64,000 nt of DNA, from NCBI RefSeq assembly GCF_000142905.1, contig NW_013657667.1, forward strand, positions 130,801-194,800, given 5' to 3'. This stretch comes from Thecamonas trahens ATCC 50062 (Eukaryota > Protista > Apusomonadida). Below are positions 9,110 to 20,017 of the stretch, piece by piece (within the stretch, counting starts at the first letter, position 1; the number at the start of each line of letters is the position of its first letter). Made by a program: the position numbers and the translations under genes. The notes below the pieces were generated by a model that did no database searches, had not been told where the DNA came from, and saw nothing but the letters and a program-made list of their open reading frames with translations.

Positions 9110-12100
9110 TTAAAGCGTAACGTCGATGTGCAGGCCGAGGTGCACACCCGACTCAAAAGCAAAAGTGATTTCGTTCGACGGCGGCGGCTCCAAGACCAGC
9201 TGCGAGAGGCCGAGGACGCCAAAGCCGAGCTCCTCGACTTCGTCGTTGGCGTCGGCGCAGACAAGTCGGACCAGCATGTCCGCCGGCCCCGGACACGCCA
9301 ATGCCAGTGGAATGTTGAGCGATTCTTCCCAAGCGCACGTGCCCGATGCATCGATGACAGCCTCGGCCGTGGCAGTCACTAGCTCGCCAAGCCGGACAAC
9401 TGTCACTGCGCGTCGGCTACAGAACCGCAGTGGGATTGCCGACGCGCCCTTGAACGCGATGTTGAGCGCCGACATCGCACTTGAAGACGACGACGACGAC
9501 GACGAAACCTCGTCCTCGATATGTGCTGCTGATGCTGAACACGCACTCGACACAAACGACATCTGGTAGCCGAGCGTGGCTGAGCCGGCCAGCATCGGGT
9601 CGCTGCTGCTTGTGCCGCTGGAAACGATCTGGTCAGACATGGCTTGGGATTCGGCGTCCGCTTGCCGTGCCTCGGCCTCTTGTTTGGACTCGGCCTGAAC
9701 TTTGGCCGGGGACTTGACCTCGGCTTTGTTCGCCTGCCACACATCAGCCTGCGGCTCGGTCTCGGCTTCGTCCGCCTGCCACACATCAGCCTGCGGCTCG
9801 GTCTCGACCTTGGCTTCGACCTCGGCTTCGTCCGCTCGCCGCACATCAGCCTGCGGCTCGGCCTCGACCTTGGCTTCGACCTCGGCTTCGTCCGCTCGCC
9901 GCACATCAGCCTGCGGCTCGGCCTCGACCTTGGCTTCGACCTCGGCTTCGTCCGCTCGCCGCACATCAGCCTGCGGCTCGGCCTCGACCTTGTCTGCCTG
10001 CCACACATCAGCCTGCGGCTCGGTCTCAGCTTCGTCCGCTCGCCACACATCAGCCTGCGGCTCGGTCTCGGCTTCGTCCGCTCGCCACACATCAGCCTGC
10101 GGCTCGGCCTCGACCTTGGCTTCGACCTCGGCTTCGTCCGCTCGCCACACATCAGCATGTGGCTCGGCCTCGGCTTTGTCTGCCTGCCACACATCAGCCT
10201 GCGGCTCGGTCTCAGCTTCGTCCGCTCGCCACACATCAGCCTGTGGCTCGGCCTCGGCTTTGTCTGCCTGCCACACATCAGCATGTGGCTCGGCCTCGGC
10301 TTTGTCTGCCTGCCACACATCAGCCTGTGGCTCGGTCTCAGCTTCGTCCGCTCGCCACACATCAGCCTGCGGCTCGGCCTCGACCTTGTCCGTCCGCCAC
10401 ACATCAGCCTGCGGCTCGGCCTCGGCTTCGTCCGCTCGCCACACATCAGCCTGCGGTTCGGTCTCGGCTTCGCCCGCCCGCCACACATCAGCCTGCGACT
10501 CGGTCTCAGCTTCGTCCGCCCGCCACACATCAGCCTGCGGCTCAGCCTCGGCTTCGTCCGCCCGCCACACATCAGCCTGCGGCTCGGCCTCGACCTTGTC
10601 CGCCCGCCACACATCAGCCTGCGGCTCGGCCTCGGCTTCGTTCGCCCGCCACACATCAGCCTGCGGCTCATCCTCGGCAGCATGCGAGTCAATATCTGAC
10701 CGCCATACGGTTCCACTCCTCTCACCAGACTCACTTCCACTCTCGCTGACCACCGAGAGGTCCGAGCCCAGGCCACGGCCGGCATTCCGCTGAGCAACCT
10801 CCATCCACGACGCCGGCCTAGACAGCACCCCGCTCCCAACTGCTCTCGCATCCGCATCCGCATCCACGTCCGCTTTGGCCACCAGCGCGAGATTCGACGA
10901 GCTTTGTCCAAGTTGCGGTGCTTGCCGCGCCCACTTCTCCTGGTACTGCCGCCGCGACTCGGCGAGCTCTCTCCGACGCTCTTCCACAGAGCGCCGGAAG
11001 CCTGAAAACCGCCCCGCGAGTGGGTGCAGATCGGCAGGCTCAGCATTATCGGCCCGTCCATCGAGGGCAGACCCGCTCCCGCTCGCCCCCGCTGTGCTGC
11101 CGCCACGACAACTGCTCGCCCCTGAGCGCTCGTCGTCGTGATAGCGGCTCGCCACAAACGAGTGCAGCCCCGCAGAGCTCCCAGAACCGGCGCCGTGGCC
11201 CTCGCTTGGCGGTGAGAGCAGCGATTCGCGGCGGATGATCGGCTTGGCCTTTGACGAGGAGGAGCTCTTGGTCTTGGACTTCTTGTTCTTCTTCTTGGTC
11301 GTCTTCTTCTTGCGGACTCGCCGAACCCGCCGCCGCCGCTTCAGCTGCCGCTGCAAACGAACTGCATCCGGGATCTGCGAGAGCGATGCCTCAGTCACCC
11401 GCGAGGTGTCGATGCCCGGCGCCCTGGACGTCACCTGCGTTGTGCGCCGCCCCACAGACGGCGCCTCGCTCCCCTCCAATCGCAATGGGTCCAGCTGCTC
11501 TCCGTGCCGCCAGCGGTAGCCGGGCTTGATTCGAAGCCGCCCAGTCCTCCGGCTGCGGCCTCCTGGCGGCCGCGCAGCAGGCGGCCGCGGCACAACCGGC
11601 TCCTGACTGGGGGCGCCAAGCTCGTTCCCTACCCCTGCAGGCTCAATGACCGCAACTGCCGCTGCCACCGGAGGCACCTTGGGTAGCCGCCGGGCCGTGC
11701 GCACACTTGGTGCCGCCACCTCGCTGCTAGGCTTTCCAAACGCTGCATCAAGCATCGCCCGAAAGTACACCATGTCTTCGGTCACGCCCATGCTCGCAGC
11801 CACTGCGTCCGACCCATACGCCGTCTGCAGCGACGTAAGCGCAGACGCCGGTCCGGGCACAGGCTTCACTGCCTCGGCACGCTCGCGCTTGTAGAACTGC
11901 GGCTGAAGCTCCGGATCGTCGGCGAGGCATAAGACATCGCCAGGCGTCGATGCCACCGCCCGCCGGACTCGCGACGGCCGCGACCGAGCCGAGCACCCCG
12001 TCACCCGTCGCTCCTTGAGCTTGGGAAACATGTACGCCTTCCACAGCGCTGCATGCATGGCCCGCAGCGAGGTCGCCCCGTCGAGCGCCTCCTCCGGCGC

Positions 12101-12994
12101 CTGGGTGCCCATCACGCCCGAGAGCCCAATCCGCACCGCACCGCCGCTGCCGTCGACAAGATCAACCCAGCCCTCCCACTCCTTGACCAGCACTTGCGGC
12201 CAGACGGATGCCATCGGAATCGCCGCCCAGCCCAACTCCAGGTCGTCATCGCCTTGCCGGCTCGCAAAGACTATGACATGCAGAAACTCGGTGTCAAGGT
12301 TGATCTCGGGTGTCAGCGCGACCCGCGACACCGCCTGCCACACAGGGCTCGGATCCGCCGGGGACGTCTCAGTCCGTGCTGCGACCGACCCGAGGCCGAG
12401 CACCACATACACTCCGTCGCTGCCGCGGGCCATCGCGCTCAGGCCCCGTGCCCGCAGGACCCGGACAACCAGCTCGTCTGGACGCGATATGTCACCGCCT
12501 GACTCGCTACTGTCACCATCGGGCCTACTGTCGCTATCTTTGCGCTGCGGCGTCGTCGGTGGTGACTCGCCCAGCAGCGCCGCTCGCGACAGCGTCCACC
12601 GCCGCCCGCGCTGCCGCACCGACATCGACTCGATTCCGACGTTGCTTGCCAGCATGGCGAGAAGATCAGCGTCAGCCCGCGCCGCCGAGGCTGTCACATC
12701 CAGCACTAGATGCCGCACAGAGGTGTTGACATGGAGCGCCGCGAGCGTGCGCGCATAAAGACCGTACGGCACGCCGGCGAGCACAACAATCGCCACCGCC
12801 GTGTTGAACGCAAGCGCATCGGCCACCGCCACCGCATACGACACTTCCCACGCCAGAAGCTCGCCCATGTCTACATACGTAAGCCGCCTGTCCGAGTTCT
12901 GCACAGCGCGCAGCACCAGCGGAGGCTGACTCACCCGCCGTCCATCCTCCCTACCTGCCGCCGCAAACAGCGGGGCCAGTTGCGCCACACCCAT
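9110..12994 (-). CDS. C2-domain protein with N-terminal RI-like LRRs, central disordered region, acidic tandem repeat and second degenerate C-terminal C2
   Basis: LVVRVLRARGL..YVVLGLG..ARTE..PVW..LHVIVF..DDLELGWAAIP is a C2 pattern. ADALAFNTAV/AALHVNTSVRHL/AMLASNVGI are LRR-like. 1294-aa ORF. Confidence 0.7.
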   Translation of the reverse strand: MGVAQLAPLFAAAGREDGRRVSQPPLVLRAVQNSDRRLTYVDMGELLAWEVSYAVAVADALAFNTAVAIVVLAGVPYGLYARTLAALHVNTSVRHLVLDVTASAARADADLLAMLASNVGIESMSVRQRGRRWTLSRAALLGESPPTTPQRKDSDSRPDGDSSESGGDISRPDELVVRVLRARGLSAMARGSDGVYVVLGLGSVAARTETSPADPSPVWQAVSRVALTPEINLDTEFLHVIVFASRQGDDDLELGWAAIPMASVWPQVLVKEWEGWVDLVDGSGGAVRIGLSGVMGTQAPEEALDGATSLRAMHAALWKAYMFPKLKERRVTGCSARSRPSRVRRAVASTPGDVLCLADDPELQPQFYKRERAEAVKPVPGPASALTSLQTAYGSDAVAASMGVTEDMVYFRAMLDAAFGKPSSEVAAPSVRTARRLPKVPPVAAAVAVIEPAGVGNELGAPSQEPVVPRPPAARPPGGRSRRTGRLRIKPGYRWRHGEQLDPLRLEGSEAPSVGRRTTQVTSRAPGIDTSRVTEASLSQIPDAVRLQRQLKRRRRVRRVRKKKTTKKKNKKSKTKSSSSSKAKPIIRRESLLSPPSEGHGAGSGSSAGLHSFVASRYHDDERSGASSCRGGSTAGASGSGSALDGRADNAEPADLHPLAGRFSGFRRSVEERRRELAESRRQYQEKWARQAPQLGQSSSNLALVAKADVDADADARAVGSGVLSRPASWMEVAQRNAGRGLGSDLSVVSESGSESGERSGTVWRSDIDSHAAEDEPQADVWRANEAEAEPQADVWRADKVEAEPQADVWRADEAEAEPQADVWRADEAETESQADVWRAGEAETEPQADVWRADEAEAEPQADVWRTDKVEAEPQADVWRADEAETEPQADVWQADKAEAEPHADVWQADKAEAEPQADVWRADEAETEPQADVWQADKAEAEPHADVWRADEAEVEAKVEAEPQADVWRADEAETEPQADVWRADEAETEPQADVWQADKVEAEPQADVRRADEAEVEAKVEAEPQADVRRADEAEVEAKVEAEPQADVRRADEAEVEAKVETEPQADVWQADEAETEPQADVWQANKAEVKSPAKVQAESKQEAEARQADAESQAMSDQIVSSGTSSSDPMLAGSATLGYQMSFVSSACSASAAHIEDEVSSSSSSSSSAMSALNIAFKGASAIPLRFCSRRAVTVVRLGELVTATAEAVIDASGTCAWEESLNIPLALACPGPADMLVRLVCADANDEVEELGFGVLGLSQLVLEPPPSNEITFAFESGVHLGLHIDVTL
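9718..10670. repeat. Coding minisatellite, 21 units of 42 bp (four extended to 60 bp), encoding EPQADVWRADEAEA
   Basis: Repeating ccacacatcagcctgcggctcgg core; units counted from the translation. Confidence 0.95.
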
Positions 12995-13787
12995 CGCCCG
13001 ATCTCTCAGCGCCGCATAAACCGCCGTCGCCGTCGATTCGGCTGTCCGTCAGCCCCCGCCAACACGCAGCCGTCCGCAAGCCCGTCCGTCCGTTTAGCCA
13101 GACACGCCCGCCGCAACACACCTATGAGTCTCTTGCCCTCCCTCCCCTCCCATACATCCACACAACCCTACTACGTACGCGCCTCTGTCAGGAGCCGGGC
13201 AATGAGCTCGGCTGCAAGGACCGGGTCTGCCGCAGGCTGTCCTTCGGCGCTGTCCCCAGCCGGCAACAACGTGTCCGGAGCTGCGGACGCCACAAAGCCA
13301 ATGGGAAGAGTGTCGCCATTGCCAGACACCATCCCAGTCTCTGCAGTCTCTTCTCTGCTCTTTGTCTTCAACACTCTCTCTGAATCATTGCACAGTCTGC
13401 CTTTGCCGCTGCGCTCAGGCTCGGCTTCGGCCGCTGCTCTCTCCATTGAGTCGAGTGCCACCGACCGGCCGTAGGTCATGCTGGCGAAACTCGCCTTGCT
13501 GGACTACGTTGTCAGGACGCTGCCGAGCAAATCAAGCGGTGTCTCTCCGCGCATGACCTCGTCAAGATCAGTGCGCAAGTCCTGCTGCAAGCCCCTGCAA
13601 TCCATCATCATGGTCGGCAGCAAGTGCCAGTTGCTGCTCTCCGCCTCGACGGGAAAGGTACTCGCCGCGCCGCAGGCATCGACACATACTCGCTGTCGGC
13701 GAGGAGAGCTCCGCGCATCGATATGATCGGCGGCTGGGGCGTGACCGGGGCAAGGGGTTGGGCGCGGGACGGCTTCTCGTTTCACAA

Positions 13788-14363
13788 CTACTTGGTCTTG
13801 GCGCCGTCCTTAACGGTGTCGATCATCGCCTTTTGGTCCTGCACCAAGGCTGTTCTCGCCACCCACGCTACCGCCAAGACCAAGCCGAGAATGAGTCAGA
13901 CGTCGTTGACCTGGGTGAGAGTGGTAAAGACGCGGGCGAGCAAGCCGCCAAAGTTGAGGACAAAGGTGATGGGCGAGAGCGGGCCAGTATGGCCGTTGGC
14001 AAAGTTGGCGATGATCGCAGGGATGCGGACGGCGCAGGCCAAGGGGATGGTGGAGAGCTGAACGATTTAGCGGAGGTCGGCCGGGAGGACGATCATACCA
14101 AGGACGAGCGCGGCGCCAAAGACCGAGACGGCGATACGCTCAGACCACGCGACCGGCGGCACGGTGTAGTGCCAGTAAATGACGACAAGGACAAGGTTCT
14201 GGGCGAGGCGTGCCGGCCACAATGGCCAGTCACAGAACCTGCGAGACAAGCACCTTGACCCCGGGCAGATCCATGCCGATGACCGGGAGCGGGGCGACGA
14301 CGACAGAGACCACAGCCGGCGCTGTAATGAGTCCAATCACGAGACGAGTCTCCAGGCGAACAT
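13788..14363 (-). pseudogene. MPDU1: MPDU1/Lec35-like PQ-loop membrane protein pseudogene
   Basis: Read through the stops: VSQVL*LAIVAG / LAQNLVLVVIYWHY..LPADLR*IVQLSTIPLACAVRIPAIIANFANGHTGPLSPITFVLNFGGLLARVFTTLTQVNDV*. The NGHTGxLSxIT..FGGxLARxFT motif is MPDU1-like. Stops at 14230, 14067 and 13896; the first PQ loop is deleted. 5' boundary approximate. Confidence 0.8.
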
Positions 14364-14768
14364 GGCTGGACAGGCTGGTTAGGAGACTGAAGAGTGGTCG
14401 GGAGAGGGGGAGGGGGGGGGGGGGCTGTGTCACCCTCGCTGCGCGGTGGTATATTCGGCGACGCGACAAGTTGTGTCTGTCTAGAATTTTTAACAACACC
14501 CAGCTGCCCGCCGCTCTCTCCACCATCCAGCGAATAGAAAAACCCGTACACACACATACACACACATACACGTTCTTACACACACCAGTACGTACCTGTT
14601 TGTACAGCTCCCCCCCATCCCACATACTTACAAATACACCATCCCCCCCCCCCCCCCTTTCGGCACCTTTTCGCTCCAATATGCGCGTGTGTGCCACGGG
14701 TGTGTCAAAAACGCCGAGAGGTCACCTCGCGCCGCCGATACACTCACCACTCACACTGCCCAGTCACA

Positions 14769-16841
14769 ATGAGCAGATACAGCATGCGCGGCATGCGGTA
14801 TGCACTGCTGGCGGTTGCCTTCAACATATCGTTGCTCGTAATGTATGGGCTCGGTGGCTTCGACACGTTCGACACGCCAGCAGTACTCCGGGGAAGCGGA
14901 AACACAACCCCGGCGCCACCGCCACCTCCTCCACCATCGCCACCGCCTCCTCCTCCATCGCCACCTCCGCCTCCACCATCACCGCCACCGCCTCCCTCCC
15001 CACCACCGCCACCGCCACCTTTTGCGTCGCCCAATATCACTAGCTTCACGTTTTCAGACGTCACCCCGCACACCATGTTTCGCGCTCCGGCTGCCACATG
15101 CTCTCTTGCCCTCCCGATGGTCGGCGAGCTCGGCACACATGATATTGGCGAGCTGCTCAGCTACACTGGGTTTGCAGGAGTCAGCATCACCCGCTCAGTA
15201 ATCGAGACTGCTGGCGAGCCAGTTTCGTGCTGCGCTTGTGTGGTCCCGGAGGAGATCCCGCACCTCATCCATGAAAACCGAGTAAATGCTCGATGTATCC
15301 ACCATCACCGCCACCGCCTCCCTCCCCACCACCGCAACCGTCACCTTTTGTGCCAATCAATATCTCTCGCTTTACTTTCTCAGACGTCACCCCGCACACC
15401 ATGTTTCGCGCTCCGGCTGCCACATGCTCTCTTGCCCTCCCGATGGTCGGCGAGCTCGGCACACATGATATTGGCGAGCTGCTCAGCTACACTGGGTTTG
15501 CAGGAGTCAGCATCACCCGCTCAGTAATCGAGACTGCTGGCGAGCCAGTTTCGTGCTGCGCTGTGGTGGTCCCGGAGGAGATCCCGCACCTCATCCATGA
15601 AAATACGGCAGCATGCCTCGCATTCAATGTAGGCGCTTCACTCGCGACCTCGTCGGACTGTACGGGCGCGACTGTGACAATCAACGCCCAGCCGCCGCTG
15701 TCAGCGACCAACGCAAGCAATCCCGCTTCGCAGCGCTTGGGCAAGGTCGGGATTGTGGAATGGGGTGAGGGCCTCTGCGTCGACGTCGGCTTTTCCAGCC
15801 CATCGTGCACCGTCCCGGACGACCACACTCTCTACGTGGCCCTTGACCCCTGGACCGACGCTTTCTGGCACGACTTTCACAACGGCTTTATGCGAACTTT
15901 CGGCACGCTCTACGAGCTCGACGATCCGTCATTGTTGCAATGTGACGACAGCTGGCCCGAGGTCTGTCGGGTCAACACGACTAAGGTCATCGTCGCCTAC
16001 AGGGTCTCCACAAGCCCGAGTCATTCCGCCGGACCAAGCCTTCGCGGGCTGCTCGCACATCTGGCCGACGAGGTCATCGCAGAGCCGGATCCATCGCACT
16101 GCTATGCGCGGGTGGTTGCCGGTCCCGCCACTGCGCTTGATCTCAACGCTGGCGCTCGCTTCACACTCAAGTCGACGAAACTGCTCTCGTACTTTTCGCG
16201 CTGGTACTATTACGTCGTAACCGGTGAGCCACTCGATCCTGCGCTAGGCGACGACGCTCGGATCGCAGTCAGGTCTCGCAGTTCTTGATCTGGAGCGATT
16301 GGTCGAGCCGCGCACCGAGCATCGCGTGCTCATTATCTCGCGTCGAGGTGCTTCGCATGGGCGCAAGTGGGGTCCGGGTATTGAGGACGCAATGGTGGCC
16401 TGGCTCGAGAGCTCCGGAGTCTCGGTTGAAGCTGTTGACTTTGCGGCGATGTCTGTCGTGGAGGTCGCGGCTGCAGTTCGTCGGGCCACCGTCGTCATTG
16501 GCGTCTCGGGTGCGGGCATGATCAACATGATGTACGCGAGGCCAGACACAGTGCTCATCTACATCTACCCTGAGCGTGTCTTTGGTCATCTTGATCCGCT
16601 CAACAGCTCGGGCATTTACATCACGCTGGCGCGAATGCGGGGCGGCCAAGTCGTGGTGGTGCATGACCTTTCGGCCGGCCCGGATGCCGACAACTACCTC
16701 CCGCTCCCCATCGCGGCCAGTTTCTTCAAGATCGGCTTCGCCCTGGGCCTAGGCGGGCGCTTCCCGCCGCCGACGCTGGCCCCAGTTCCCTCGGTCTGGG
16801 ATGGCCCATCGGCGGACGAGTACAAATACACCATCTTGTAG
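14769..16841 (+). CDS. Type II membrane GT61/DUF563 glycosyltransferase with Ser-Pro-rich stalk and internal duplication; frameshifts near 15299 and 16248-16288
   Basis: N-terminal TM (YALLAVAFNISLLVMYGL), SPPPP repeats, FWHDFHN motif, and C-terminal RVLIISRR..MSVVE..VRRATVVIGVSGAGMINMMY typical of GT61 (EOGT/POMGNT2 family). Spread over three ORFs. Confidence 0.7.
14973..15603 (+). repeat. Direct tandem duplication: copies 14973-15277 and 15299-15603 (period 326 bp)
   Basis: The 3' ~220 bp are nearly identical (tcagacgtcaccccgcac...catccatgaaaa); the 5' parts differ by multiple substitutions. Confidence 0.93.
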
Positions 16842-17346
16842 CTAGTCACGCTTTGATCCAAAAGATTAACTTGATCCTCGATGGTACATCTTCACCATGG
16901 AGCAGCTTGGCATCACTTGGCAGTGCAGTGGCGCGAGCAGTCTGCCCCCGTATGCCATCGGCGAGAACTCAGGTTTGGCGAGCGAGAACAGAACGAGGCA
17001 TACCCGACCGTCACTCGCAACCAAGCATGCCGCGCGCGCGTTTGTTGGATCGCCCAAACACACACTGTGCTCCACGTGGAATCGCTCAATATTGAAACTG
17101 GTGTGTACGTTCTCCCTCCCAACCCATGCCTGAGCATGCGGCTGGGCCGCCTTTCCGTCGGCGAGAGCGAGTAGCGATGGCGGCTCCAGCCCATACCCAA
17201 TCATCTGTATCAGCTCAGCATGGAGCGAGATCACTCCGACAGCCAAGGCTACGGCTAGCGGCGCGCGAGAGAAGTCGATAACTCGTTGAGGGAACACGCA
17301 TCGGAAGACCACTAAATCGAAAGACCTTTACTGAGGTCGACGGCTG

Positions 17347-18836
17347 CTACTTGCCTTTGGACTTGCGACGCTTGCGCTTGTCATCGGTCGAGGGCGGCGG
17401 GGCGTCGTGGGTGTCGCGCCGACGCGACTTGTCTTTGTCCTTGTCCTTGGACTTGGACTTGTCCTTGGACTTGGACTTGTCCTTGTCCTTGGCCTTATCC
17501 TTGTCCTTGGCCTTCTCCTTACCCTTGTGGCGCGACGACTTGTGGCGCGACGACGACGACGACGCCGACGCTCCGTCCGGCCGTGACGACGACGAGCCGG
17601 CCGTTCGCTTCTTGGCCTTGGTGATCTCCTTGTACAGCTTGTCGCGGTACTCCTGGATCGAGTACTTGGTGTTGTCGTCGATGGGAATAACGATGTTGTG
17701 ATCGAGCGTCGGCTCGTCGGCCTCGTTGTGGAAGCCGGCCACGTACGGGTGCTTGAGTGCGTTCTCGGCAGAAATGCGCGCGTTGGGGTTGAACTGCAGC
17801 AGCCGCCGCATGAGATCGAGCGCCTCGTACGGCGCACGCGGAAAGATGTCCGCCAGTGTCTTCTGTGGCACAGGCGGGAGCCGGTCAAGCATCGTCCGCG
17901 CAAATGGCGAGTCGATGGCGTCGAGGTCCTCCTGCGTCGGCCGTCCGATGACCTCCACAATCTTCGTCAGCTGGTTCATCGTCGACGAACCCGGGAACAG
18001 CGGCTTGCCGCCGAGTAGCTCGCCGAGGATGCACCCCAGCGACCACATGTCGACCCCAGACGTGTACATTGACGACCCGAGCAGGATCTCTGGCGCACGG
18101 TACCACCGCGTCGCCACATACACCGTCACACGTGCTGCGTCACGCCCTCGGACTCGGGCGTCGCCACAGACCGCGCGAGCCCAAAGTCGGCCACTTTGAG
18201 CGCGCACTCTGAGTTGAGGAGGAGGTTCGACGGTTTCATGTCGCGGTGAATGACGTTGCCAGAGTGCATGTACTTGAGCGCCTTCAGCAGCTGGTACATA
18301 AGATACTGCTTGTGGATCGGCTCGAGAATGTTGGCACGGATGACGGCGTGCAAGTCCGTCTCCATGTAGTCAAACACAAGGTAGATGTCGCGATCGTTGT
18401 CCGCCTTGAGCACGTTCGTCAGCCGGATGATGTTCTCATGCCCGCTGAGCTGTTGCAGGAACATGATCTCCCGGAAAGTCCGCTGCGCGTCCGTCGAGTT
18501 CTGGAAGGCGTCAAAGATCTTCTTCAGCGCAAGCGTTTTCTTCGTCTTACGGTCCACCACCTTCCACACAATCCCGTACGCCTACCCGCACCACATGCCA
18601 TGCCCATGTCCCGTCAGTCTTACATACGCTGACCGCCCCCCGCCCCCCCTTTTTGCGTCTCCTCCCACCCCCCCCCCCCCTCTCTCTCTCTCTCCTCTCC
18701 TCACGGGCTCAGCCAGCCAAACGCCACAAATTCAGGCGCATGACGGCCATCCAGCGATGTCAGCCAACGTACCCCTTTTCCGAGCTTCTGGACTACGCTG
18801 TACTTGCGCAACACATGCTTGTCTGTCCCCCTCCAT
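17347..18836 (-). CDS. MAPK15: MAP kinase ERK7/8 (MAPK15); intron 18772-18582; apparent one-base errors near 18830 and 18128
   Basis: DKHVLRKYSVVQKLGKG|AYGIVWK, LKKIFDAFQNSTDAQRTFREIMFLQ (MAPK15 signature), HRDMKPSN, DFGLARS, YVATRWYRAPE and IPIDDNTKYSIQEYRDKLY. Intron GTACGT..CTGAC..TAG. Confidence 0.93.
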
Positions 18837-20017
18837 TGCCCACCAAGCCATACCAAGTGCCGTGAGTCCCTGCCTCTCTTCTCCCGCACTCTTCCTACCC
18901 CATGCGCCGCTGTTCCAGCCATGGGTAGCTGCGGGTCACGCTGCAAACTGGCCACCGAACAACCGCCGGCGAGTGCGAGCGACATGCCAACGCCACCTCT
19001 AACAAGTATGCCCTTCCTCACACACAGACATACACACACACATTCTCTCTCTCTCTCTCTTTGTCTCTGGGTGGCTGGCTGGATTTCCAGCTATCTTCTA
19101 CCCCGCTCACGCTCACAAGTCCTACACCCCTCCACATCTGCTCCCACAGACAACGTACCGATATCCTCCGACATGGTGGCAAGTGGAGTGGCCCAGCCCT
19201 CCCGCAAAAACTGCTATCGAAAGCGCTTCGGCGAGCGAGGCAGCAGCGGGGAGACACCAACACGTTTAGCGTCACACTCACTCCAATCGATGGAACAGCA
19301 ATGGCAAGGCCAACAGGTATTTATCAACGAGTAGAGCCTTTCCATCAACACCAATGGGGAGTGCACATTCCCCAAACTCCATGTCGCGTTGCTGATGGCG
19401 CCCGAGCAGATCAACTGCCCTCGCTCCATCGGTGGACAGATGCTCATCACACAGCCTCCTGTATGTGCTGCGCGAGTAGTCGGTTCTTGGCCCGCGCGTA
19501 GCACTGCCCATACTCTAACACCTGCAACCAAGCAGTGCGCGTCATCTCATGGAATGCACATCTTCTCGTATCGTCAAGCTGGTGCGTTGAAGAATGCCAA
19601 AAAGGTCGCAGACGGTACTGTGTCGCACCCGAGACACCGGCACGGGCACGTGCGGCGAGTGCCACAGCATAGGCCACAACTCGCCACACTTCTCGATCAC
19701 GTGACCGCACATCAACCTTTTCTCGTTCTGCAGCTGACGTCGGTCCCCTTGTCGTCTGCTCGTCTGCCCTCATCTTCTCCTCAAGCCACCGAGCTCCGGC
19801 ACCAGCTCCTACCCAAAGCGCCAGCTCTTGTCATCATGTCTGTCGCCACCGAGTTGAGCCGTTCGACGCTGGCAGCGGAGGCCGATGGAAGATGCAGACT
19901 CCATTGGGGGAAGCGCTCATACATCATTACGCACAACGCCACAACCACAACTCACCGGCGGCATCTAAGCTCGCGCTCGAGCCGCCCGCCGCCTTTCGCC
20001 CCGACAGCTCTCCGACG

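Noticed and set aside
9718-10670. CRISPR-like array or overlapping genes in the long alternative ORFs (9403-11157, 9644-10699, 9702-10793)
   Set aside because: There are no unique spacers. Units are multiples of 3 within a CDS, and the other frames are open only because the repeat unit lacks stops.
13171-13785. Two in-frame minus-strand ORFs separated by one TAG (possible readthrough gene)
   Set aside because: No recognisable domain and weak codon bias; cannot be distinguished from non-coding or decayed sequence.
13788-14363. Stop-codon reassignment or selenocysteine as an explanation for the MPDU1 stops
   Set aside because: Both TAA and TGA occur, together with a deletion. TAA, TAG and TGA all terminate normal genes in this window.
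16866-17312. 148-aa minus-strand ORF between GT61 and MAPK15
   Set aside because: Non-ATG start, no motifs, no convincing coding bias.
17420-17525. Shared KDKSKSK repeats in the MAPK15 tail and the RRM protein (61005-61105) as a mobile module
   Set aside because: Simple 6-bp slippage repeats (aagtcc/aaggac) that arise independently.
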